Shown in pieces: positions 12,938 through 26,193 of a stretch of 54,794 bases of DNA; the stretch's first letter is position 1, and each line of letters opens with the position of its first letter. The DNA lies in assembly GCA_000934665.2 (NCBI GenBank), contig JYFJ02000115.1, positions 124,001 to 178,794 of the forward strand. Reading direction: 5' to 3'. The translations under genes and the position numbers were made by a program. The notes beneath the pieces are model-generated. The model ran no database searches, was not told where the DNA came from, and was given only the letters and a program-made list of their open reading frames with translations. The stretch comes from Catajapyx aquilonaris. Taxonomy: Eukaryota.

Positions 12938-14264
12938 TTACATCTCTCCATGGAAGGGGTAGAACTTGTGCTCCTTTGCCCTGAAAGGCGGAAAAGATGA
13001 CACCAGGTGTTATAAGTGTTATTACATCAGCAATGAGACAATATTGTCGTTAATGTAATTACCAGGGCATGTCGATGATTCGATCGTTTCTGTTGAGGCT
13101 GTTCATGTCGGACATGTCTCCTGACGATAGCTCGAAATCAAACACGTCCATGTTTTCTCTCAGATGAACTGGGCTGTCCGATTTCGGGATGGGGATTATT
13201 TCTCGTTGCAGCTGTAATAGTTGGATTGTCGCAATGGTAAAGTATAGCATGTGGTTTGGAATATACTGACCAGCCAGCGTAGGATGATCTGTGCTTTGGT
13301 CTTGTCGTGCTTTTCGGCCAGCTTGGCCAGGATGGGTTCGTTCATCAGCTGTGGTTTTCCCATGACGCGATGTCCGGCTCCCAGTGGACAGTATCCGGTC
13401 ACCACGACGCCTTTGGAGTTGCAAAAGTCCGCAAGTCCTTGCTGGCTTAGGTAAGGATGGCATTCAATCTGGAAGCGACTTTATTACTGAGTGCCTTAAC
13501 TTGCTGTATACATGCTACTTGCCTGGTTCATGGCAGGCGGTATCTTGCAGTTGTCTAGGACACGTTGGAGCTGACGTGAGTTGAAGTTGGACACCCCGAT
13601 GCTCTTGGCCATTCCCATCTCGACACACTTTTCCATTCCGCGCCATGTGTCCAGGTAATCCACGTTGCTTAGGGTCACGTCCACAACTGTAGGCTTGTTG
13701 TCTCCCTTGTCCTGATGGGCATTAAAATAATAATTCGCAAAAACGATCAGCAACTCTATCTCCAAAACATACCGCTACTGCGATAGGCGTGTGGATGAGG
13801 TAGAGATCGAGGTAATCCAACTTGAAGTTCTCCAGGGACATTTTGCAATTTTTTGGAACCCTCTCCGTCTCAGCAAACGCTGGCCACAACTACAGAAAAG
13901 TCAGATGTTACATCACACTGAACGTTGCTGAATTTTGTCTATTGGTTTTTCCCTATAGCTGATCACCTTACTCGTGATGAATAGGTCCTCCCGACGTACC
14001 ACACCTTCTTCAATCTTTTCCCTGACTGCCTGGCCCACCTCGGCCTCGCACCCGTAGAAATAGGCGCAGTCTATGTGCCTATAACCGGCGTCGATGGCGT
14101 CTTTGACAGCAGACACCAGTTTGGCCGAATCCAGTCCGTGTACCTGCAAAAGTAACATGATCTTACATCCAGTAAAATTGCTTATAAATAATGCACTTTA
14201 CCTGACGTGTTCCAAGTCCGATTGCTGGTACTTCCAGCCCATTGTTCATCCTAAACTTCTTCAT
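12938..14264 (-). CDS. aldo-keto reductase (AKR1/aldose-reductase-like), paralog A, 7 exons, ~311 aa
   Basis: Exons 14202-14264, 13967-14143, 13773-13889, 13523-13711, 13271-13468, 13063-13211, 12938-12980 splice in frame. Motifs [48 protein letters not shown] and IPKS are present; D/Y/K/H tetrad intact. Intron 4 has a GC donor. Confidence 0.93.
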
Positions 14265-14487
14265 GGTGCGGCGGGTGATGGGAAGACAATACGCTACCGG
14301 TACCTCCGCTTAGACAGAGTAATTAGGATGATACCGTAGAGAGTACTGTACAGCTTGTTGAGTGTTTCATATCAGGGAGATAAGGAGTGAACTTTACTCG
14401 CTCGATAAGGGTTGTGAAGGGTGTTATGCAAAGAAACATAATTTTGTGCAGCAACATTTTATTAAATCTCGGCCTCTTATCAGCTGC

Positions 14488-15911
14488 CTAATTGAACGGA
14501 TAAAATCGATGTCCTTTAATCCTGCAGAGAGAGTAAATCAGGTCACTTACACCCAAAGAACTAACATCTTGATGTGACTATACAACTCCACATAATTATG
14601 GAGGCAAAAAATTATTTCTTACATAGGGAACAACTATGTTGAACTGGCTAATTGCTATGGCGAGCATGATTTGTTTGCAAATACATTTTAATCAGTTTTA
14701 TCGTTGCATAATTGTCTCACCATGGAAGATCCACAACCCGTTCGTTCTTGTTGAGCGATTCGATTGAATCCATGTCTTCCTTCGTCAACTCAAAGTCAAA
14801 CACCTTCAGGTTGTCTCTCATGTGGACAGAGCTGGCCGATTTGGGTATCGGAATCACGTGTCGTTGTATCTGTCAATGTTTGCCACGAGACAGAATTATT
14901 CGTCCTAAGATTCGGATATGTATATTTTGGGAGTAACTGACCAGCCATCTGAGAATGACCTGAACCTGGCTCTTGCCGTGTTTTTGCGCCAACTGGAGCA
15001 AAACTGGTTCGTCCATCAGCTGGTGCTTCCCTGCCTTGCGATTGGTTCCTCCCAGAGGACAATACGCGGTCATCAAGATGCCTTTGGACGTGCAGAACTG
15101 CAGAAGCTCCTTCTGGCTCATGTAAGGGTGGCATTCGACCTGAGAGAGTCAAACTATGACCTATACCAGTGGAGGTCATCATATTAAAAGTACTGACCTG
15201 GTTCATAGCTGGAGGTACGTTGCAGTGGTCGAGCAATCTTTGCAGCTGGTTGACGTTGAAGTTGGACACTCCGATGGACCTGGCCAGCCCCATACCCACG
15301 CACTTCTCCATGCCTCGCCATGTCTCCAGGTAGTCCACGTCGGTCGTGCCAACGTCCAGGCTTGGCACATCGCTTCCTGGATGCTGACAACAATGTTGTT
15401 AAGCAATACAACACAGTTTTAAGCAGCTTTCAGTCACCTTGAGTCCAACTGGTGTGTGGACCAAGTACAAGTCCAGGTAGTCGAGGCCAAAGTTGTCCAG
15501 CGACTTCCGGCAGCAGGCTGGAACATCCTTTTCAGCGCTGCAGGACATCCAGAGCTACAACGGAACCAACATGTTTATATGTAAGACAGGGTGTACTATA
15601 TATACTTGCCTTGGAGACGACAAACACTTCCTCCCTGCGTATGACTCCTTCCTGAATCTTCTCCTGGATGGCCTGTCCGACCTGGGACTCGCAGCGGTAC
15701 ACATAGGCGCAGTCGAAGTGACGGAAGCCGGCGTCGATGGCGTCCTTGATGGACGAAACTAATTTGGACGAGTCGATGTCCTCCTGGACACGTTTATAAG
15801 GATTCTATAAAAGTGACATGCTGGAGCACCCTGTATACGCACCTTCCCCTGATATGTCCCGAGGCCGATCGCAGGCACTTGATGCCCGTCATTCATTCCA
15901 AACGATATCAT
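14488..15911 (-). CDS. aldo-keto reductase (AKR1/aldose-reductase-like), paralog B, 7 exons, ~308 aa
   Basis: Exons 15843-15911, 15610-15783, 15438-15554, 15198-15383, 14942-15139, 14721-14869, 14488-14521 splice in frame with the same intron positions as paralog A. Ends W-IKGHRFYPFN*, with AATAAA ~25 nt after the stop. Intron 2 has a GC donor. Confidence 0.93.
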
Positions 15912-16361
15912 TTTTTGACGACTTGTTGGCACTGAAGCTTGTGCTTAACTGTTACAAACATGATGTGATATAGAGGCACTTATTCTGTTGCATAACTGAT
16001 GACGACTGCTGCTGTAATGTGCCAGCATGCGATTAGTAAGTTGAATAGTAATTCAAAGAGCGCACATGCTGTACAGGTTGTTGACTTAGAGTAAGCCGAA
16101 ATGTATTAGAAAAATCTAAGCGATATATTGTAATACAATTTTATGTTATGGTATAATGATATCGATGATAAAAGTGTCCTTCATTTATCAACGAAATTAA
16201 TTCCAAAAGTCAGATATGCCTGATGGTTGAGTCTTATCCTATCGAACAGAACCATAATTATGATCTGGCAATTAATGTGTTCTATTGAATTGGAAAGTAG
16301 GCTTGTGATTGCTCCATCCTAATAATCTATAACTTAACTTTTAAGCCACATTCACTGAGAT

Positions 16362-16736
16362 AGGGAGCATAATTATCCTACATAAGAGGCGCAAACTTCT
16401 GTCGGCGCCTTTGATGTTCGCGTCTCTCTGTTTGGGGCCGTTGCCAAGGCTGAAGGACATTTTGAAGTGTGGGCAACTCCAACGAGGTATAAATAGGGTA
16501 CAGGCAAAAAATAGGGTCCACCATCTTTGATGGATTTGGTGGCCATGGCAATTACAAGGCAAGAACACGCGCGAATCAAAGATGGCCGATCCTATTTTTG
16601 CCTGTACCCTATTTATACCTTGGCGTTGCCCACACTTCAAAATGGCCGCCAGCCTTGGCAACGCCCCAAACAGAGAGACGCGGAAATCGAATGTTTGCGC
16701 ACAGTGCTTTCGCCTCTTATGAAGTATATGCTCCCT
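16362..16736. mobile_element. foldback/MITE-like element with ~160-bp imperfect inverted arms
   Basis: Left arm (gggagcat...cataagaggcg...gttgccaaggctg...aggtataaatagggtacaggcaaaaa...ccatctttga, 16362-16530) is the reverse complement of the right arm (16576-16736), separated by a ~45-nt spacer. Confidence 0.85.
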
Positions 16737-18039
16737 GTCCAGACGTTTTGTTTTTGTTTTTGTATTTTGTATTAAATATATTAATTTATTTTTTACTACT
16801 GGAATAACTTTGGGTGTAGTTCAGCACAAAAAACCCTGCCCAGGTCATGCTGTCATGGTCATTGGGTCAGGGTGCACACAATTACACTGGAAACACTATT
16901 GAAATTTAGTGGCTGTGCCTGGCTCAAAACAATTATGTTTTCCTAAATTAAGCGGTCTTTATGGATGTTTTCTACAGATCAGTTATCATTACGAATTGAG
17001 GCTGGAGTGTATTAAATTCTGCCAAGTATTGACGGCCTGCATTCAATTGTTGTTGATCGGTCAACAACCAAACAAAACACAAGCATTTACTAACATTGAA
17101 GCAATATCAGAGAATATAAACAATAAATAACTCTCGATTGCAAAAAATGATTGAAGTTCAGGCGATCAAATTGTTACATAATTATAGTTGGGCGGATTTG
17201 TTCAAAAAAGCAGTTTCGCTAGAATTTCGTGTTAATTTTAATCTGTTTGCGGGAAGTTGTTAAGGACGATATAGGAAGTTGCAAGATCAACTTGTCGCCA
17301 TGATTTTTCCTATCAATTACAGCCACAATCTTGGAAAAATGGCGGCAAAAACAGGTATTTTTGTTTTTGAACAGTTAATATTATGAAAAAGTTAACTAAA
17401 ACAAAAGTTAAATAGCATGAGATTTACAATAAATACGGGAGAGGAGAGGGATGGATTCAGGATGGCGCTCGTTGGCAAAGCAGGCCTTGGTCCAAACTGG
17501 TGAAGGTCAGCCAGATCAGCTGTTAGAAACATTCTTCCATTAAATGACAATAATATATTAAGAGTTGTAGCTTGCAGCAACCATTTTGATCCAACTCACC
17601 TACGTTGCCAAGTTTCAGGGATTCATCCACTCTAAATAAAGAATCATTGTGCCATGTGGGTTGCCTTTCTTAGTCAGGATAACTTTGAACACGTCCTTTC
17701 TCGTACAGCGTAAGAAACATATTTTAAACCGCTGGTGTAATACGTATTTCAAGTTAGAAATTGCTTTCTGTTGATTGTTAGGCAGCTTAACCAGGTTGTT
17801 CTGTTAACTTTTGAGATCAATTTCGATGTTTGCTGGCTCCATACTTTACCCTCAAAAAATGTCAATCTACGTACACTCGTAAATGGACCGGATATTTATT
17901 GCGCCGTGTTACAAAACTTTAACTGGTTTCCAGTGTTTCTTCCTCTTAATAAACATCGATGTAAGAAATTCAGTTTTATTATTTAATCATCCCTGTTGAT
18001 AACAGTTTACAAGAAATAATATACATACTGTACAGTAGG

Positions 18040-18350
18040 CTATACAGCAGGAGTCCTCATCGTCCGTATCTGCACTGGGATTCTGCTGATTAACACAGTA
18101 AGGATCAGAATACCCACAAAAGGTTGAAACGCTGCAGCATGAAGCTGTATCAAGAACAATTTCCTTTGCGCTGAACTTGCTGGTATTTTCCCTCTCGGTA
18201 CTCAGAAAGTGTGTTAAAAAGGCGTGACATACACCATCCATAATCAACAAACTCTGCTTTATGTACAGGAGCAGAAGGGTGGCCAACAAATAGAGACCAA
18301 ATAAACTGCTGATGTTGGCCATCATCTCGGAGGATGCTGCACTTGACTCA
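18040..18350 (-). pseudogene. possible decayed C-terminus of a DNA-transposon protein (Cys-rich zinc finger plus acidic tail)
   Basis: Across frameshifts the minus strand reads QH.LR...HQQFIW...HPSAP...DYGW, then CCSVSTFCGYSDPYCVN followed by ADTDDEDS. This recalls the 'QH..RA.YQ..IW...P...GW' plus Cys-finger end of XPG-type (Academ-like) transposon proteins. Recall-based only. Confidence 0.3.
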
Positions 18351-18887
18351 ATCAGACTGACTCCTTTCTCCTCAATCCGGAAGGGCGTCAGTACTGCTTA
18401 AATAGTGACATTGGTGACCGCAGACATAACGTTTATGGGCAGAGGGCGAGCAGCATAAATGTTTTCTTGGTTTATAAGTAAGTTACTTGTATATATATAA
18501 GGATTGATCCTAAAGTCCACTCTGGAAACCATCTAAAAATGACTCTAATATTCATGAGGTTGGGTATAGACTTCTCACTGTCGCAATTAAAGGGAATGCA
18601 CATTGCAACTGTTTATGCTGAACCATAATCAAAATCAGTAATCTTCATCCCCCCCCCCCATTATTTTATTTAAGACCATGAACAAAAGTTTCGTATTAGA
18701 CTGATAGCGAGTGATCCCTGATAATCAGGTCCGCCTCATTGAAGTTCAATAATGATTATTTTTATTTTCATTATTAGGCCACTTTTTGAAACTATGATGA
18801 TCAAAAGAAGGGGTGTTTGAAAGCGATGGGCAAATATGTTTGGATGACTCAGTGTTTCCAAGTGTAGGCTTGCTTAATTCCGGTACC

Positions 18888-18988
18888 AATATATTATTTC
18901 ATACGAAAAATGTAATATATTATTCATAATATATTATTTCATACGAAAAATGTAATATATTATTCATAATATATTATTTCATACGAAA
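18888..18988. repeat. AT-rich 40-bp tandem repeat, ~2.5 copies
   Basis: aatatattatttcatacgaaaaatgtaatatattattcat starts at 18888 and 18928, with a partial copy at 18968. Confidence 0.9.
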
Positions 18989-19237
18989 TATTATGTTAGA
19001 GGTGAAGCCGCAGGGATGCATTTCGATGCCATATTAACAAAACAATCATACCGAATTAATATTACTGACCTATTTTTATATTTGCCACATTTTATAAGAT
19101 GGTAGTACATTGCTCTCTGTGACGAAATGATTGAAATCAAATAACCTCAATGATTAGAGCGAAGATGAAGCGACTGCTCTCCATTGTACTTCCGGTTTGA
19201 TTTCATGGAAGTCAGGAGCTTCATTTTTTTTTTTTTG

Positions 19238-20080
19238 AGCTTCTCGGCACAGACCTGCCTCATTTGCTGTGGCTTCTTCGATGTCTTCGCCTTACTTCAC
19301 TGCTTCTCGCATCCATCTGGAGGAGACCGAATAAGATGATGGCAGGAAACGTGGCGTTCTTGGCCTTCCTAACCTTATTCGAGTTGCGCTTGGGAAACGT
19401 GCAGAAGGCGGCGGGCGTTTGCCAACGAGCACACCACCTGCGGGATTTAAAATGCGGTCAGAACAAGAGCGGACGACCTTCAGGTACCGGTAACTAACCT
19501 GCTCCTGCGTCATGGACAGGGATGAATTCCGCTTCCTCCTGAGCAACGGCGGTTACCTTTGGAACAAGTCCGGAGCACGCAAGGCCGTCTGAGCGATCCA
19601 AGGCAGCAGGATATCCCTTAAGTACGCCTCTAGCTCCAGCTCTGACTTGAACAGGTACTCCAGTAACTCCAGGTGCTGCTCCGGAGCCTGCCGATTGCAG
19701 CTGAAGATGGCAGCCTGGATATCCTGCCATCCGAACATCTTCCAGGAGAGTGTGGAGCGGATAAGGTCCCACCGCCAACGGAGAGTCTTCTCGTCCCCTT
19801 CGCCCCTTCGGACACTTGGAACATGTTGCGTGGCAAATGCAGTATGTGTACGTGGTGCGGATCCCAGTGCTCCAGCTCATCCGGCGGGTGTCGGTTCCGG
19901 AGTGGATCCGGGTACAACTGGAAGCTGCAATGCGGTTAATTGTAAGCGGTTTGGAGTAATTATGAGAGTTACCTTAAACATGACTGTATGCTGTGGAGAC
20001 GGCTTGATCTGGTGCAATTGCGGACCACATCCCTGAGCACGGCTGATCTTCTCAATAATTGATGCACCTAACCACGGAGG
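19238..20080 (-). pseudogene. PARG: PARG (poly(ADP-ribose) glycohydrolase) unprocessed pseudogene fragment, copy 1
   Basis: Frame-shifted pieces PWLGASIIEKISRAQGCGPQLHQIKPSPQHTVMFK, HWDPHHVH, RWDLIRSTL..QDIQAAIFSCN, LLPWIAQTALRAPDLF..LLRRKRNSSLSMTQEQ|VVCSLANA..FCTFPKRN..FPAI..AEKLK follow the recalled human PARG order ([76 protein letters not shown]). Introns 19925-19972 and 19438-19498 are retained. Ends at an A14 run before the catalytic GGG..QEE motif. Confidence 0.85.
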
Positions 20081-20112
20081 GGCCGTTGCAATGGACAATT
20101 ATGTACCGGTAC

Positions 20113-20596
20113 CCTAAAGTGGACATGGTGGGCTTGGATGGGTTCGTCCAGCTGCTGGAGTAACTGCGTGGCGCAACTGGAGTTCGATGTGGCGCAGGTG
20201 TTTGCTTATCATGGAGCCGAAATTGCTGAGTGACATATGGTATGTGCTATGGCAGCTACGGGATGTCGCTGTGATGATATACGCCCATACGGTATGACTG
20301 CGGTATTAGCAAGATCTTCCAGGTGCCAGGTCGTAATGCTAGCATCGGGCTAAGGAACGTGGGTTTGGCAGTGTGGACCTCGTCGCTATGTACCGCAATA
20401 ATATGTCGCACATTCATTGCAGATATGCCTGGCGCAAACGTACTGCTGCGATGCATACACCACCATTAAGCGACTAGTCAACAAGCTGAACGACGGCTAA
20501 TTCGCCACGACGAACACGATGTACATGAACATCGCCGAAAAGCTCATGTCGCATGAGGGCTACCAAGTGTCCCATCCATTAGAGCATAATTTCTAG
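20113..20596 (+). pseudogene. ACAD9: ACAD9-like acyl-CoA dehydrogenase, decayed 3'-terminal fragment
   Basis: Pieces LRDVAVMIY/YGMTAVLARSSR..IGLRN | ICLAQTYCCDAY.. and KLMSHEGYQVSHPLEHNF* match the recalled ACAD9 C-terminus ([38 protein letters not shown]). Contains stops, frameshifts, micro-duplications and a ~52-nt intron ending at 20422. Confidence 0.75.
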
Positions 20597-20639
20597 TATT
20601 GTACAGCTTAAATACATTTAATTAACATATGTATACAGA

Positions 20640-21425
20640 TCAGTATTCTTTAAATACTGCTCCGGTTAGTGGACAAACGTTGGGTTGTCGCGTGTGACAA
20701 GCCCTTTTGGATATCTAGCACATGATGCGCCTAAAAACGGCTTTTTGCAGACACAGCAATAACTGTAAAAAGGTCGTATTAGTATGGCAAGTTAAGTACA
20801 CAGTCGTGCACTTACTTTGATTCGAGTAGAACCAGCGCATCACAGCAATGTCAGGCCAGACAAACTTTTTCTGTGCGTTTTCTCCTTGGGCTAACGAGCT
20901 CTCGGTTTTCTTCGTGTGGCTCACATGCAATTACCTTCGGAGGCAAGGCAACCACGTATGAACCGCTGTACCGTAGGAAGCGGCCAGGTCGGCAGAAGGA
21001 AGTTGATCGCCTGACCCGCATCGAATTCAGCCACATGATTGTTCAGCAAACTGAGCGCCAGATCCAACTGCTCGACTCAGAAAAAGTAACGATTGATTGC
21101 CGCACACATTACGAGTCGTACACTTACCCTTCAAACAGTGAGAGATAACGTGTAAAATATCTTCTGTTGCTTCGCCATGTCAAGCCTGTTCTCATTATGT
21201 ATGCAATACTCCTCGACCGCTTTATGATCGCCCAGTTTGTACACTAGTCGCCGAAGAGCTTTATCGTGATCCTCCATCTGTAATGCAACCAATTAATTCC
21301 GCACAAATGCACTGCATTCACGTACTTGTCCCTTCGTTTTGCAGTCCGATCTGCACTATACGTTTTCCGCCAGCCGTCGTCACGAACATGCCAAGGTCGT
21401 CCGGTCCAAGCAGAAGACACTCATC
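20640..21425 (-). pseudogene. TGFBRAP1: TGFBRAP1 (Vps3/Vps39-family CORVET subunit) decayed multi-exon fragment with a large internal deletion
   Basis: DECLLLGPDDLGMFVTTAG (CNH-domain motif, cf. EFLLAGPGGLGMFATVAG) is joined to C-terminal pieces MEDHDKALRRLVYKLGDHKAVEEYC, LALSLLNNHVAEFDAGQAINFLLPTW, SSLAQGEN and YCCVCKKPF..ARYPKG..NVCPLTGAVFKEY*. Three short introns with GT donors are retained; multiple frameshifts. Confidence 0.8.
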
Positions 21426-21490
21426 CTGTAAACCACACACCATTATTATTATTATTACAACACTAGCAGTGAAGTCTATTCATCGCACAG

Positions 21491-21690
21491 CCCGTTGCCA
21501 TGGACTATTGCAATGGAACATTGTCATGTATACCGTTACCATGGACAGTTGACATTAACCGTTGCAATTGACTTGTTGCTACGACTGTTCCATGCTCTAG
21601 CTGTTGCAATGGTAAATCTGTTGCCAAGGTAACCTGCCATTGCCATGTATAGTTGCAATGGACCATTGCAATGGGCGCGCTGCCATGGAC
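21491..21690. repeat. degenerate ~12-13 bp minisatellite (consensus ccgttgc[a/c]atgga)
   Basis: Repeated gttgccatgga / attgcaatgga / gttgcaatgg units; one further unit sits at ~20083-20096. Confidence 0.7.
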
Positions 21691-21954
21691 ACACGAACAA
21701 ACTTGCAAACTGTCACCTATCCACATTCTAGATTGTCTTGTAGATTCTCTGAAGCCGGGGAAATGTTCGAAGAAAAAGGTTTGGTTGTCTGTTTGTTTGT
21801 CCAGGGCAACCACGTTTGCCTGTGTTAGTTTGTCCAGGAATAAATATGTTTCGTAAATGAAATACTGTAATGTTATTAATGTTCTATGCATTTGTTTGTT
21901 CTGACGTAGTGCACCCTTCACTACTAATTACGGACATCGTTTCTACCTGAAGTA

Positions 21955-22225
21955 CAGTGTTGGACATTAATCGCGTCATACTGCTAGAGACATTTTTCGA
22001 TGCGGCAGACATGCAAGTAATGGAAGTGATGAGAGTGCGATCCGTGTGAGTGGGCCACGTCACCGGCTGGGGGGAAATGGAGAAAAAGGCTTGTCCCCAG
22101 CCAGTTACGTCACCCAAGGCCTACCATTTCTTTGTTGTACAGATCGGACTCTATCACTTGGATTTGCACGTCTGCCGCATCGAAAAATGTCTCTAGCAGA
22201 ATGACGCGAATAATGTCCAACACTG
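21955..22225. mobile_element. Tc1/mariner-type MITE, 271 bp, ~90-bp imperfect TIRs, TA target-site duplication
   Basis: TA|CAGTGTTGGACATT..CTGCTAGAGACATTTTTCGATGCGGCAGAC at the left end is mirrored by GTCTGCCGCATCGAAAAATGTCTCTAGCAG..AATGTCCAACACTG|TA at the right end. Confidence 0.9.
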
Positions 22226-22239
22226 TACAGTACAATCAA

Positions 22240-22807
22240 TTCGAGTGTAGTACCTCAGCAAATAGTCTCCCAAATCTACTCTGGAAGCCTCCAGCCCTGC
22301 CTACATGTCATGCAGCAGACACTCATTGCTGAGCGAATCACTTGCATGTAAAAGCGGCTTAAAACCAGTTGGCTAAGTGTGTGACATTATCCTGAATATT
22401 TCACCTGAAGTAGTTGAGGACATCCTTAAGCTTCTCAGCGCAGACCTGCCGCATTTGCCGTAGCTTCTTCGGTCCCTTGGCCTTTATTCCACCTTCCAAA
22501 GAAGTTGATGGCCGGAAACGTGGCGTACTCAGCCGTCCTGCACTTCAAGTTGCACTTGGGAAACATGCAGAAGAAGGCATTTGCCAACAAGCACAGCACC
22601 TGCGGGATTTAAAATGCGGTCAGAAGAAGAGCGGACGACCTTCTCGTAACTAATCTGATCCTGCAACATGGACAGGGATGAATTCCGCTTCCTTCTGAGC
22701 AACGGCAGTTCCCTTTGGAACAAGTCTGGAGCATGCCTAGCCTGGATATCCCGCCATCCGGACATCTTTCAGGAGAGTGCGGAGCAGATAAGGTCCCACC
22801 GCCAACA
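22240..22807 (-). pseudogene. PARG: PARG pseudogene fragment, copy 2 (duplicate of ~19240-19780 with different lesions, plus a probable C-terminal remnant)
   Basis: Clear nucleotide similarity to copy 1, including the intron. Reads [64 protein letters not shown]. 22240-22330 reads LLHDM*AGLEASRVDLGDYLLRYY, resembling PARG C-terminal ..TVGDVYKLLLRYY (weaker match). Confidence 0.85.
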
Positions 22808-23176
22808 GACACTGGATTTAATGCAAATGGTTCCAATGCCTCGAACAGTGAATGAAATTGGATCGAGTATGCGAAGGGAATGTAAAACTTTATTGGAAAA
22901 AGGGGAAATAACGTCAGCACCCATTTGGAGTGGAAAGGAACCAGATATATTTCAACTGCTGTTTTGACAATAAAATTACACTTTGGTACCTGACCACTGT
23001 TATTCCTTTTTAGTCACAACGTATGAGGTCCTGGCTCTCTATTCATTGACTGGGAATGAGTCCGCTGTTGGGCCCAACAATAATGCCACACTGGTCCTTT
23101 CGCGCCCACTACTGGCACCATATAATGGTGCAGAATAAGAAAAAATAACAATTACAAAAAGAAAAGCACTGAGACA

Positions 23177-26193
<3,017 letters not shown>

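Noticed and set aside
19224..19237. Poly-A run at the end of PARG copy 1 as evidence of retroposition
   Set aside because: The copy retains introns and the run continues from A-rich Lys codons, so slippage or truncation is more likely.
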